Positions 38,140 through 50,732 of a stretch of DNA of 64,000 nucleotides are shown here, piece by piece. Each line of letters opens with the position of its first letter. Position 1 is the first letter of the stretch. A program made the translations under genes and the position numbers. The notes beneath the pieces were generated by a model. The model saw only the letters and a program-made list of their open reading frames with translations. It had not been told where the DNA came from and did no database searches. Source of the DNA: Bispira polyomma (Eukaryota); contig OZ287753.1 of the NCBI GenBank assembly GCA_965649765.1, positions 69,006,001 to 69,070,000 on the forward strand, given 5' to 3'.

Positions 38140-39000
38140 TACTTACGCCACCGCTGCCACGTCAGTGTGTGTAGAGATTTTACCAATACCACTCTCCTGC
38201 GAAAACTTTTACACTTAGGCTTCGGAAATTTACAGGAAATCTTCTTTTTTACAAAAGCTTGCCTGGGCGTAATTTTGGCCTCATTTGAAAAAAACAAGAT
38301 GGCCGCCACAGTTTCTTAGAAAAAAATCAGGTTTTTAATTGTGTCTGTTTCTCAGCTGTAGAAGGTTGAATCTCTTTAAGGGTGATATGTTTAATGGATA
38401 TATATGTCCTGTATAAGCTTGCAGACATTTGACTTTGAATCTTCACATTCAAGGTCATCGACAGAGTGCCAAAGTACCCCAAATGACCGATTTTGACCAA
38501 ACTTAAAAGTGTCTTTATCTCGCCTCATCTATTGGTCCTAGAGGTTTGGGATCTGAAACTAACCTACAGGAAATCATGGGCTGGGAATCTTTTGATGTGC
38601 TCAGATTTGACGTTGGGCCCCTCATTGAAGAACAAATGTGGATGGCCAAACTTAAAAGTGTCTATATCTCGCTTATTATTGGTCCTAGAGGTTTGGACAA
38701 TGAAACCAACCTGTAGGAAATCAAGGCCTGGGAATCTTTTGATGTGGTCCGATTTGACCTTGGGCCCCTCGTTCAAGGTCAGTCTTGCTCAAACTTAAAA
38801 GTGCCTATATCTCGCTTATAATTGGTTGTAGAATTTTTTGGATCTAAAACCAACCTATAGGAAATCATGTGCTGGTAATATTTGCTGTGTTCATATTTGA
38901 CCTTGAACCCCTCGTGCAAGGTCGATCGGGTAGGCCAAACTTTAAAGTGCCTATCTCACAATTATTAATGGTCCCAAAGGTTTACAATGTGAAACCCACT
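38140..39000 (+). mobile_element. Non-autonomous element with internal ~147-bp tandem repeats (Helentron/HINE-like structure)
   Basis: A unique head (AAACAAGATGGCCGCC...) followed by AAACTTAAAAGTG..ATATCTCGCTTATTATTGG..GATTTGACCTTG units spaced 143-149 bp apart. Reverse-complement relative at 53060-54110. Confidence 0.7.
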
Positions 39001-39325
39001 TGTGTCATATAAGGCTTTAGCATAAATGCCTAGCTTGGGTGCTAGCTATGGTTCTTGCTACCTAGGGTGCTTTGTCTTCCTGATGAATACAAATATGCAT
39101 TGGTTCTCCGATGTGCTAGGTCTAGTTAAGCTTCCTGTAAGGGCACTTGTTTGTATATAGGAGCAAATTTACGCGTTTTTGGTCATGCGACTTCTCCGAT
39201 TGGTTGAAATGTGATGACACCATATTGAACATTTTTCCCCTCCCCCCCTCTGTGGTCAGTTTTATATATGATATGCTGTGATTCTTCATATAAAATAATT
39301 TGATTTTGCTTTTCTTTTATAACAG

Positions 39326-39513
39326 GTGCTGGTAATTCTGAGAGCAAACTCAATACTATGGTTGCTATAGTGGTACCTGCTTTGGTGGTGTCGATCACGG
39401 GATCTATTGTAACTCTATTGATCTACCGAACAAAGGCTTGTACAAAACAAAAGCACAATAGAGGAGAAAAACACTTGACTGTTGAAGAAGAAGTAAGAAT
39501 GCTCAATCCTAGT
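39326..39513 (+). CDS. TNF-receptor-like gene, exon 3 (transmembrane helix and juxtamembrane tail)
   Basis: Polypyrimidine/ACAG acceptor; AGNSESKLNTMVAIVVPALVVSITGSIVTLLIYRTKACTKQKHNRGEKHLTVEEEVRMLNPS; GTAAGT donor. End coordinate is +/-1 nt. Confidence 0.8.
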
Positions 39514-39999
39514 GGTAAGTTTAAAATAATCGGTTACCATGACTATAACATAAAGTAAGACTGTTAACAATTGAGGCAATTGATTTTAAATATCAACAAG
39601 GATCACTGTCATAATATAGCCTGATTATCTTTCCATACTGGGCTTAAAAATGTAGTCAGAGATGGTATTTATACCAAGAGATGTTTGATTGCCTGTAACA
39701 TAAATAAACACCTTTGTCCTTAATTAGGTATTTATTACCGCATGGTTAGATACACATACAGACCCCTTAAAATCATTTTAGGCCAAAACAGAGAAACACA
39801 CTCAGTCACAGCACAAGTCCCCACCCCACCAGGTCTGAAAGATCTCATAGAAAGAGCATATGTCCGCTGCAATTTAATGCCATACATAAAACATTTACAA
39901 TCTTTAATCTTATATGTAATGATGCATGCTGGTGCAATACATCTACATATCATGCATGTTTACACAATTTTAAAATAATTGTAACAAGGCTAATCTACT

Positions 40000-40960
40000 G
40001 TTCAAGTTCCAATGCACGTCTATACTTGTTGCGTGACCGTGACTAAATGGCTTGAGGTAAGCCAGTTTTAGTGTTACCTAGACGATAAATCCTCCCGGCC
40101 AATGAGATTGAAAATTTTCACTGGCAAACTATCATCACCTGGTTTTACCTTGTGTTGCCAGGTGTTAGTGATGATATCATACTATTATTATCCCTCCTGT
40201 CTGTGACAGCACAAACAAGATCAATATTGACTGGACACTATTTGTGGTGTCTATAGACAATGGTGGGGTGACACGGTTTCACCAAAGAGGCTCATCAGAT
40301 GCTATTTGGCGGTGTCAAGGATAAATTAGGGTAGGCCAAGAGGTGGGATCATTGGTGGAGAACAACAAAAGGATTGTTTTTGGAGATATGGATATGGTGA
40401 TTCTTAAGTCCCAGCGTGTACTTGTGTGGGTATACGCTCCACTAATACCTGGTGTGGGTTTACCTGTAGGATACTGGCGGGTATCATTCAGGCTAGGATG
40501 TGATTTTTGGTGTGATGGGGACCTTGGGTCATCGGGTGTTGTTGGTGTCTAGGAGTTATTCCTGTATATTTAGGCCTTGTGGTGCATTGGTGTGTAACCT
40601 ATGCTGCCAGTTCCTCTCTAATGTCTTGCGGATATCTAGAGCCTGGGGTGACTTTGGGTGTGCATGGATAAAGTCCACAATGTGGATCTCTAAGTCAGAG
40701 ATTCCATTGTGGCTGGGTAGGTTAAAGTGGTGGCCTACCCCGTCTTTAATGTTTTTGATGTTGTAGAGGTGGCCCTAGAAACGGTCCATGAGTCTATGTC
40801 TGGCCTACACACTGGAGTTTGCATGTTTTGCAGGTGATGCAGTAAATAAGGATACTGCTTTTGCAGTCAACCCTGATTTTGGTGAAGTAATCACGATTGG
40901 TTATTGTGCTGGTAATTCGACCTGTGGTGTTCAAAACCGGGCAATATCCGCATTTAGCAG
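40000..40960 (-). mobile_element. Penelope-like element remnant (GIY-YIG endonuclease and downstream repeat region)
   Basis: Minus strand about 40870-40557: CKSSILIYCITCKTCKLQCVGQT..RLMDRF*GHLYNI..VGHHFNLPSHNGISDLEIHIVDFI..RKTLERNWQHRLHTNAPQGLN. Confidence 0.85.
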
Positions 40961-41010
40961 TTGTGGTGTAAAAGATGTCATATTAATTCACATTATTATT
41001 ATACTTCCAG

Positions 41011-41071
41011 GAAACAACAGAAGACCTGAGATAAGGACAGCTTATAAGAAAGAAACTTGTATGTGTTCTGG
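41011..41071 (+). CDS. TNF-receptor-like gene, exon 4 (cytoplasmic)
   Basis: TTCCAG acceptor; (G)NNRRPEIRTAYKKETCMCS(G); GTAAGT donor. Phase 1 to phase 2 links exons 3 and 5 in frame. Confidence 0.65.
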
Positions 41072-41799
41072 GTAAGTGCCTGTGTGTTTCATCTTGAGAG
41101 AAATTTTCTCAAGAGTTAATATATAGGCAGGGGACCCAGCCAAATTGTTCAATCTAAAGAGCTACTGTAATATTAACCTGTATCAAAACAGAGTTGTGTC
41201 TGGGAAAAGGTGCTCACTATAGCGAGATGTTCACTATTCAGAGAGGACATCACTACCTGAGGTTTCATTGTAGTTTAGTTGAGCTTGGGTTCAACTTTGC
41301 TTTCAACATGTTTTCTGTCATATCACAATAGGCTAAGACTAAGGTTAATATGGCTAAGATGCTGTATATCCCCTCTCCCTTCCCCCCCCAAAAAAAAAAG
41401 GTATTGTTTTCCTAATTATTTTGTATTGATTAATATCATATGTCAAGGTGTCTATAATTTTTTAATTGTTAAATATTTTTATTGTGTATTTGTCAGATGT
41501 ATAATATTATTGTATACATAGATCTTTAATGTAAACTTTTTATTGGGGGGGGGGGGGGGGGGAAAAAAAAAAAAAAAAAAAAAAAGATGCTGTATATAAG
41601 TATAAAATATGCAAATGTAGAAGCAATTAAATGGCCTAATACTAACTAGCATAACTAATTGAACCATGTTCCCAGTTTTTCAAAATGCTACTTTTGAATC
41701 AGGTATAATACATGTAGTAGAATTATGTCATAAGCAGAGCCAAACCCTGTTTATACTAGGAATTTGACCTATGCAGAGTCTACTGTATTTAATTCTCAT

Positions 41800-42130
41800 G
41801 TTCTCTGTGGCCTAGTAGCTATTGTGTGGGACTTTGGATCTGAGGCTTTTGGTTCGACCCTCTCTACAAGCCTGAAGATTATATCCTTGGGCAAAGGGCT
41901 TTACACAAGTCCCTCTCTACCCTGTTGTATAAATGGGTACCTGGCCGCTAAAGGGTGTTAGTCTTTGTATGCCATATGTGGCAGTATGGCTAGTATGGCT
42001 ACCTGAGGGAGCTGAGACTGAATAATTGGTTGACAATTAGAAGAACTCGGGCTGGAGGTGTAAACGGTAAAGTCAGCTGAGACCTCAATATAGGTGATAT
42101 CAGGCTATAGACTTGCACACATTTACATTT
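41800..42130 (+). mobile_element. tRNA-derived SINE
   Basis: A-box-like GTGGCCTAGTAG, B-box-like GGTTCGACCC, then ATCCTTGGGCAAAGG and TGTATAAATGGGTACC (conserved SINE central-domain-like), and an (ACATTT)n tail. Confidence 0.7.
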
Positions 42131-42349
42131 ACTCACATAGATACAGACCCCACACTGGAATATCTATAAATCAGGCTTCATTTGATAGAGAGTTCAATAA
42201 ATACCTTGAATATCACCAACTTCGGTGATGACCGGTAAATACCAAGAAGGTTTTATTAGTCCCCCGACTATTTGGGTAAAACCTGACATGTTGCTCATTA
42301 TGATAAAAGTAAACTTTGTGTGTTCTAGATCTAATCCTTGACCAACTTT

Positions 42350-42720
42350 AGTTTAAGCTAAAATTGATTACATGACTGATATGGACACTGCCATCAACTT
42401 GACCAATGCAATGGTGAGCAGTGGGGTCGGCTACTGCAATTCCCTGTTCATCGGCCTTTTCAGCTTTGACTTAAACCAACTCAAAGTCATTCAAAACTCT
42501 CTTTTCTGAATAGTCACAAAGACTCCTCATTTTGCTCCCAGTAGTCCCCACTTAAAGAAACTCCACTGGTTATCTGTTAGGTACAGAATCATTTAAAATG
42601 CACCTCCCGACCTACAAACCAATAAGCTTTGACCAACAAGTTTATCTCAAATAAATTATAAAGCCATACAGTTCATCTAGAGTGATCTATAAAAGTAACT
42701 CATCGTAATTTTCTCCAGCT
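42350..42720 (+). mobile_element. CR1/L2 3' fragment
   Basis: TNAMVSSGVGYCNSLF..LKVIQNSL..SPHLKKLHWLSVRYRI. Confidence 0.75.
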
Positions 42721-43133
42721 TTTTGACAGTGGCCTAGTGGTGATAAATGTCTGTTTCAATATCACTCATCTCTCATCTCTGGGGACAGTGGGATTTACAT
42801 CCTACTATTTCCTTTATGTGGGAAAGTTTGCCATATGGTTTCTAATATGAATAACACAGTAAAATCTCTATTATGGAAACTCCTATGAACCAAATATATT
42901 AGAATTTATGAATTGATTTTTACTATCCCAAATTTTTTGTTTATCTATTTTTAAAATTCCTCTTCCATTTTCTGAACCTTCTGTTATCAGAACAAAATAT
43001 TGCTCTCTCAACATAGTTGGATCATAATAGTTGTACACTGTACTGTTTTCCTCTATTGTGACTGTCACAATATGACCAAAGATGTTGAAAGTGATGTAAA
43101 AACTCAAAAATACATTTGAATGTATATTTTCAG

Positions 43134-43299
43134 TACTCCAGACATGCTCTTGGAAGATGAATGTATTGACCCGGCTTATAAATCCCAGGAGCCTAGGAAT
43201 GTGGATATCACTGAGGGTGACAACAAAACTCAGACCGGTGGTATATATGCGACCATAAATGAAACTCGGATGTTATGCCTGGACGATTCTGTACATTAA
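43134..43299 (+). CDS. TNF-receptor-like gene, terminal exon
   Basis: TTTCAG acceptor, phase 2; TPDMLLEDECIDPAYKSQEPRNVDITEGDNKTQTGGIYATINETRMLCLDDSVH*. Confidence 0.65.
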
Positions 43300-43610
43300 A
43301 AACATGGTTTTGAATGTCAAAACAATTAAGGAATAAGATATGACCTTGAGTGTTTTTACACTCCAAGAGTGGTAAAAAATGCTGCATATCAAAAGTTAAG
43401 AATGTGTTATTCCGCTGATTCTAAAATTGCAAATTCAAATAATTACCTGATTTCTACAGTATTTACTTTAAAAATCATGTTATTTGAAGGAACTCTATCT
43501 ACTGGGCATCAAGTACAATTTACAGACGACAAAAGCAGTCTATGTGTATAAGATGAATTTTACCGTAACATTCAGCCAATCAGAATGACTGATACAGCTG
43601 TGTCCTTTTA

Positions 43611-43902
43611 GCCTACGCTTCCTTTCAACATGTTTTCTCGGCAGACATCAGCCGAATTTTTAAGTCCCTACTTAATATAACCAAGTAATTCCTTTTAGCA
43701 TATTTGCATCAGATCAGAACAGATGCCGGCCGATGTTTGTTGGGCCAACATATTTTATCTGTCAGGGAGGGGAAAACCCGAAGGACTGTCCGATTTTTGA
43801 ATAAAAGTTAAGACAAAAAAATTTCTATGTTAAAATATTTACTACATATTTGATGAAACGAAGCGTCTCATCGGCCGGAATGTGCTGAAAGGAAGCGTAG
43901 GC
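43611..43902. mobile_element. PIF/Harbinger-type MITE (TTA TSD)
   Basis: TTA|GCCTACGCTTCCTTTCA ... TGAAAGGAAGCGTAGGC|TTA. Confidence 0.85.
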
Positions 43903-44921
43903 TTAGAATGACATTTACGATATAGAAGAAACCTCTAAAATTTGGACATCTGGAGCTGTTTTGGTCAAAGGCCTGTAACTTTATTTTTTTATTTCCAATT
44001 TAATTCAGACACTAGGTCCATATTACAAAAATTACAAAAAACAAAAAAAGTCATAAAGGAAAGAAATGTAGATATATAGAGATAAACAGGTGAATAACAT
44101 TGTTACACGCTATGCACAGATCCAGAGTGAAGATCAACTCTTTTACTTCACCCACCTCTACTCTTAAAAAAATTTAATAGGTACATCTGAGTCTATATGT
44201 ATTGATAGTGCTACTGCTATGTAATGAGTATAAATTCCACTTCTATCATATTAATACACCTTGTATGATGATTAGCCTTGTTTCTTTTTATTTCTTGGGG
44301 TTATTACAGTCGTTATTCATAAGCTGCAAATATTGTAAAGCGTTCATATTTGTAATACATGTAATATTGAACCATATAGTAACAAAATAATAAGTATATC
44401 TAAAATACCTTGATGAAATTACAAATTTATACTCAAATTTTTGAATGGATAAAGATTAATGAGATTAGTGAAACGGTTGGTATCATAATATCTACTCACT
44501 ATGTTAGTATACCTTGGCCATGTTTTGTACACAAAGTAACCATAACAAAGAATAACTATCAATGCATTTAGTACTATTAGTTTATTGCATTTATTGATTT
44601 ACACTGTGATATAAATATCTCTACACCTATGATTTGCATTTGCTCACTGATAAAAGAAATAGAATTTAATAAACATTTTAGGTTGTTTTTTAACTTTGGT
44701 CTTTCAATTGTATGTGTGATCTACCAAAAGGCTGTTTTTATACTCTCATTTATATACATGTTGCTTTGATGGGTCAAATAAATTTTTTTTTTGCAGAGGG
44801 TCTTAGCTCAGTCTTTAGCTTAAGATTTTGGACTTTTTTGATTTCAGCCATAAAGGTCAAGATTTTGTTCTTGGCCCCGGTGTCAGTGATGATCTTTGCT
44901 TGGTGTTCAGAATATGACTGA

Positions 44922-45738
44922 TGTTACATATAAGGACATTTTGGTGTGTTAATGCAGAACCGGTCTAGTTAGTACTAGTGATTCTTACACTCTGCAAGAG
45001 TTCTATTTATAGAATTGGGGAAACCCCTAAGCTTCTAGAAGCCGGTTCTATTTTGTTTCTGTTATTAAAGTTGTGTTATTGTATGTTTAAATCTCATCTC
45101 TGGAATGTTCTAGCAATTGTTCACATATTCTAGAGCCTTCTCTAGCAGTTGTATATATAAGGGTTGACAGCCTGGCCACAGACCAGAGATTATTGAGTTG
45201 ATGTGCTATATGAACTGCTATACTGTACTGCTATACTGTGAAACATTTTATTTCTTTTCCTGTGGATATAAACAGATCATTATATACATTTTGTGGTGAA
45301 CTCATTGGAGTGAACTAGATAAAAGTTGTGGATCTACCAGGGATTGGATTTACTGCATATTGGATATTGTTTGCATCCTGGACTGGATAGCTTAGTTGTG
45401 CAGACTCTCTGGATATATATATTTTGTGTTTGTGAACACTGAACGGATAACAGGATACAGGCATTGTGTGGACACTGACCGGATCTCAAGACAGATTGCT
45501 GGATACAGTGGACAAACTTGTTTAATTGTTATTTATGTGGACAGGACTGTGGTCAGGTCAGATTGGTTTCATTATTGTATTATAGTATGAACCATTAAGA
45601 GTATCTTGGTTGATTGTAATTCTGTAATTGTTATTTTATTTGTTAAATAAATTTGTTAAGTGAAACTTTTTGTCTTTTCCTGTTACAACCTCAAAGCAAC
45701 CGGTAATTGCTGCCGTGCTTGCTCCCATCACCGTCACA
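44922..45738 (+). repeat. 5' LTR
   Basis: TG...CA termini; about 19 substitutions and one 2-bp indel versus the 3' LTR by manual count. Confidence 0.97.
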
Positions 45739-45745
45739 GGAAAAT

Positions 45746-45763
45746 TGGGGGCTCGTCCGGGAT
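45746..45763 (+). promoter_or_regulatory. Primer-binding site complementary to tRNA-Pro 3' end
   Basis: TGGGGGCTCGTCCGGGAT, 7 nt after the 5' LTR. Confidence 0.92.
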
Positions 45764-45849
45764 CCAACCATTTGATCTAACTATTTAATTAGCTTTTTGA
45801 AAAATCATTTATTTTGTTTGAAAACATATTACAGTCAACAGTGCTCAAA

Positions 45850-47196
45850 ATGGCTAGTGCTAAAGAGTTTGTACAGTCACCATCTATTGAGGTTCTAGAA
45901 ACTTTTAAAAAAGATATTTTAATGCAGATAGCACAAGAATTACAGTTAGACGTGAAAAGGTCAACACGTAAACATGAACTTAAAAGGCTTATTGTTGAAC
46001 AGTTAGTTGATGAAGACCTTTTGCATGATAATTGTTTAGAAGTGTATAAACCTCTGCCAATGGAATCTTCTGGGCAATTTGAGATCAGGCGATTAGAAAT
46101 TGAAAGAGAGCTAAAACTTAAAGAGCTTGAAGCTCAGCAACAACAGAGAAAAGAAGAGCTTGAGGCTCAAAGGCGAAAAGAAGAGCTCGAAGCTCAAAAA
46201 TTTGAAAAAGAACTTGAGCTTAAGCATGAAAGGGAAATGAAGGCTTTGGAACTCAATGCTCACCGAATTGCCCATGAAGAGTCCATGGCAACCAAATTTG
46301 ATTTGGGTAAAAATATGCAACTGGTACCACCTTTTAACGAGTCGGAAGTTGATAAATATTTTCAACACTTTGAACGAGTGGCTCAAAATTTGAAATGGCC
46401 CACAAACCAGTGGCCTTTATTGCTGCAAAGTGTTTTCAAAGGTAAAGCCCAAGAGGCATATACAGCTTTGCCAATTTCTGAATGTAGAGATTATGACTGT
46501 GTGAAAAATGCTATCTTGAAAGCATATGAGTTAGTACCAGAAGCATATCGTCAAAAATTCAGAAATTATCGTAAGCAAGAAAATCAAACTTATGTTGAAT
46601 TTGCCCATGAAAAAGAAGTTTACTTTGACAGATGGTGTAATTCTAGAGAGGTTGGTACAGACTTTGAAAAGCTTAGGCAAGTCATTTTAATTGAGGAGTT
46701 CAAAAGGGGTGTTCGTGATGACATTAAAACCTATCTGGATGAACAGAAAGTAGAAAATTTGCAAAAAGCAGCAGCTTATGCTGATGATTATGCGCTGACT
46801 CACAAGTCCACTTTTAACAAGAGTAAATCCTCTGGTGCCACAAAGAAGTTTTATCCTGAAGTAAGAAAGAAATTAGAAAATGTAGCTCCAGAAAAGAGTT
46901 CAGATAAGTTTCAAACAACAAATCAGACAATGAGTAAGGATAGGAAACCTAGGTCCTTTGCTCCTGTGTGCCATTACTGTAAAAAACCTGGGCATGTTAT
47001 GTCTGACTGTTGGCTCTTAAAGAAAAGGAGAGAAAAGGAGGCAACACCTAATGCCTTTATTTCTAGCAAATCTAATTGCCGTTCAAATCCCAATAGAGCA
47101 GAATCTAGTATTGGTTTAGACAAGTCTGAGATTAGGGATGAGTTCAAACCTTTTGTGTCTGAGGGTTTTGTATCTTTAGATAGTAGTTCCAGTTAA
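45850..47196 (+). CDS. gag: Gag (coiled coil, SCAN-related capsid, CCHC knuckle), open to a TAA inside the protease region
   Basis: VPPFNESEVDKYFQHFERVA..WP..GKAQEAY..ILKAYELVPEAYRQKFR; CHYCKKPGHVMSDC. Confidence 0.9.
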   Translation: MASAKEFVQSPSIEVLETFKKDILMQIAQELQLDVKRSTRKHELKRLIVEQLVDEDLLHDNCLEVYKPLPMESSGQFEIRRLEIERELKLKELEAQQQQRKEELEAQRRKEELEAQKFEKELELKHEREMKALELNAHRIAHEESMATKFDLGKNMQLVPPFNESEVDKYFQHFERVAQNLKWPTNQWPLLLQSVFKGKAQEAYTALPISECRDYDCVKNAILKAYELVPEAYRQKFRNYRKQENQTYVEFAHEKEVYFDRWCNSREVGTDFEKLRQVILIEEFKRGVRDDIKTYLDEQKVENLQKAAAYADDYALTHKSTFNKSKSSGATKKFYPEVRKKLENVAPEKSSDKFQTTNQTMSKDRKPRSFAPVCHYCKKPGHVMSDCWLLKKRREKEATPNAFISSKSNCRSNPNRAESSIGLDKSEIRDEFKPFVSEGFVSLDSSSS

Positions 47197-50100
47197 GTTC
47201 CCATTAGGATACTAAGAGACACTGGGGCTACTCAGTCACTACTTTTAGAAGATGTATTGCCATTGAGTGTGAGCACTTCTACTGGTGAGAGTGTTATTGC
47301 TCAAGGTATTGAAGGAGGTTGTGTAAACATTCCCTTACATAAGGTCAAGTTAGTATCAGACTTAGTTACTGGTTTTGTTGTGGTGGGTACCAGGCCCACT
47401 TTACCCATTAAAGGGGTGTCTTTGCTGTTAGGAAATGATTTGGCAGGCAGCAAGGTGGTTGCTAATCCTAAGGTTACTTCTAGGCCGATCACTTTGGTTA
47501 GCACTGAGAAATTAGAAGAGGTTATTCCTGGTATTTTTCCCTCCTGTGCTGTGACTCGAGCTATGGCTAAAAAAGCTCAAGAAGAACCAACAGATTGTAA
47601 ACAATTTACAGATGTCTTAGTTGATTTATCAGATACATTCTTAAACAACTGTGACCATGATGTGCAAACTCATAGTGATATTGACCCTAAAGGTAGGGAA
47701 GATTTTGAGAAACAAGACCCAAATGATGATCCAGATGTATCACTCTCAAAATCAAAATTGATTGTAGAGCAGGAAAATGACCCTGAATTAGCCCCTCTAT
47801 TCAAATTGGTGTTACCACCAGTAAAGCTAAATAAGGTCCCAGTAGGCTATTATATCAGAAATGCTGTGCTTATGCGAAAGTGGAGGCCGCCAAGTGTCCC
47901 TACCTCTGAGAACTGGTCAATACTTCATCAGATTGTATTCCCAAAAATGTACCAAAATGAGGTATTGAGGTTAGCTCATGAGTTTCCAATGGATGGCCAT
48001 TTAGGCATCAATAAAACCTGTGGAAAAATAACTAAGCATTTCTACTGGCCTCATATCAGGCGCTGTGTGGCAGAATTTTGTAAAACTTGTCACATTTGTC
48101 AAGTTGTAGGAAAACCAAACCAAAAGATTCCTGTCACCTCTCTAAAACCCATTCCAGCATTTGAGAAACCATTCAGCAAGGTGATAATTGATAGTGTAGG
48201 CCCCTTACCAAAGACTAAATCCAGAAACCAATATCTCTTAACCATTATGTGTGCCTCAACCAGATTCCCTGAAGCCATACCTTTGACCAACATAACAGCC
48301 CCGAAAATCTCGAAAGCTTTAGTCAATTTCTTTACTTTAGTTGGCTTACCGAAAGAGATCCAATCAGATCAAGGGTCAAATTTCATGTCAGGATTATTTC
48401 AGCAAGTTATGTTTCAGCTAGGTGCCAAACAGATCAAATCTAGTGCTTATCATCCAGAATCACAAGGTGCCCTTGAAAGGTTCCATTCCACTTTAAAAAA
48501 TATGATTAGGACATATTGCTTAGACAATGAGAAAGACTGGGATGAAGGCATCAACTTATTATTGTTTGAAGTTAGGGAATCAGTACAAGAGTCTTTAGGC
48601 TTTAGGCCCTTTGAGTTGGTGTTTGGTCGTTCAGTCCGTGGTCCCCTCAAGTAGTTGAAAAAAAAATTGGTTATCTGAGAACTCTGAGAGCCTAAACCTG
48701 TTAGATTATGTTTCAAAGTTTAGGAGTAGGCTGAAAAAGGCTTGTGAGCTAGCGCAACAAAATTTGAAACATTCTCAGTCAAAAATGAAAATGCTTTATG
48801 ATAGAAAGTCACAAAACCGTGTTTTTAAACCGGGAGACAAGGTTTTAGTGCTATTACCTGTCCAGGGGAACACGTTACAGACCAGATATCATGGGCCATA
48901 CATAGTGCTAAAGAGAGTAGGTGATTTGGATTATGTCATTGAAACCCCGGACAGAAGGAAGTCAACCCAACTGTGTCATGTAAATATGGTAAAACCATAC
49001 TTTGAAAGGGGTGTGACAAAGCCTGTCATGGTTACTGACTGTAATGTAGTAAATGACAACAATCAGGAGCATGAACCATGGGATGACAATCCTGATGTTG
49101 AAGTTAAATGTAAAATCAGGTTGAGTAATTCAGAAATTCTTGCTGATTTGGAAACCAAACCGAATCATGTACCTCCAGATAAGAGGATCCCACTTAGTGA
49201 GTTACTCTTGAAGTATAAATCAGTATTTCCTGATGCCCCTAACAGAACCAATGTACTCATGCAGGATGTTGATGTTGGCAATGCCATTCCGGTCAAACAG
49301 CACCCGTATCGTGTAAACCCAATCAAACTTGAAAAATTAAGACAAGACGTGCAATACATGTTGGACAAAGAAATAATTGAACCAAGTCAAAGTAGTTGGG
49401 CATCTCCTTGTGTTTTGGTCCCAAAGCCTGATGGCTCTATCAGATTTTGCACAGACTATAGAAAGGTTAATGTTTTGAGTAAAACCGATTCATTTCCTAT
49501 CCCAAGAATGGAAGACTATTGATCGGATTGGTAAAGCCAAATATATCACAAAGTGTGACTTATTGAAAGGTTACTGGTGTGTACCTCTTACTGAACGGGC
49601 AAAAGAAATATCAGCATTTGTAACTCCCGATGGTCTGTATCAGTACAAAGTAATGCCATTTGGCATGAAAAATTCCCAAGCTACATTTCAGAGACTAATG
49701 AATATATGTTTAAGGAACTTAGAAGGGGTTGAAGTGTATGTGGATGATATTGTCATCTTTAGTGATACTTGGGAAGAACATTTAAAAAGTTCTGTTTCAG
49801 CTCAAGCAAGCTAACCTTACTGTGTATCTATCGAAAAGTGACTTTGTAAAAGCAAAGGTTGTTTACTTGGGCATGTAGTGGGTCATGGAGGTGTGACACC
49901 AATTAAAGCAAAAGTTGAAAGCATCATTGACTACCCTATTCCTAAAAATAAGAAAAGTTTGATGAGGTTCCTAGGAATGTCAGGTTATTATAGAAAAATT
50001 TGTAAAAATTTCTCAGATGTCACTGCTCCAATCACTGAGCTTTTAAAAAAAAATGTAAAATATCACTGGTCTCAAGCATGTCAAAAAGCATTTGACAAAG

Positions 50101-50567
50101 TAAAACGTGTTCTCTGTTCGGAGCCTGTACTAGCTGCTCCAGACTTCAGTAGACCATTTTGGCTAGCTGTGGATGCGAGTGATGTTGGGGCAGGTGCAGT
50201 TTTACTGCAGACTGATGATGAAGATATTGAACATCCCATTTGTTATTTTTCAAAAAAATTTAACGTACATCAAAAGAATTACTCTACAATAGAAAAGGAA
50301 TGTTTAGCCCTCATTTTAGCCATTAAACACTTTGATATATATATATCTTCATCATCAAAACCAACTAATGTGTACACAGATCACAACCCTTTAGTATTCT
50401 TGCACAAAATGAAAAACAAAAACAGACATGTATTGAATTGGAGTTTGATTTTGCAAGAATACAGTTTACAAATAGAGCATGTTAAAGGAACGGATAACAT
50501 TTGTGCTGATGCTCTATCCAGAAGTTGTAGTTTAAGGTTATTTTGTATGTTAGTAACTGAAAAGTAA
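47197..50567 (+). pseudogene. pol: pol: protease, integrase, reverse transcriptase, RNase H (stops and frameshifts)
   Basis: ILRDTGATQS (PR); H..H..CxxC, IIDSVGPLP, IQSDQGSNF, GALERFH (IN); SSWASP, FCTDYRKVN, MPFGMKN, YVDD (RT); VDASDVGAG, EKECLA, TDHNPL, ADALSR (RH). Breaks near 48654, 49522 and 49800. Confidence 0.95.
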
Positions 50568-50721
50568 AGTTGTAAAACTTAGATGTTTACTTATGGATAT
50601 TACTTGTGTAACTTAAAATACAATGTTCCATAGAATGTTATTACATATGTACACTGTATATTCACTTATGTTTTGTGTAATATGAAATTTTGTAACCCCT
50701 TGGCTTCCAAAATTTTTCTTT

Positions 50722-50732
50722 AAGGGGGGAGG
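50722..50732 (+). promoter_or_regulatory. Polypurine tract
   Basis: AAGGGGGGAGG immediately before the 3' LTR. Confidence 0.9.

Noticed and set aside
38493-38798. ORFs in the 147-bp repeats (also 53057-53486)
   Set aside because: The repeat period is near a multiple of three, so open frames arise by chance; no domain similarity.
45396-45590. 64-aa ORF duplicated at 51209-51403
   Set aside because: It is just LTR sequence present twice, with a non-ATG start and no protein features.
47194-47196. In-frame TAA between gag and pol as a programmed readthrough site
   Set aside because: It falls inside the protease region (between FVSEGFVSL and ILRDTGA) and the element has other nonsense and frameshift lesions, so simple decay is more likely.
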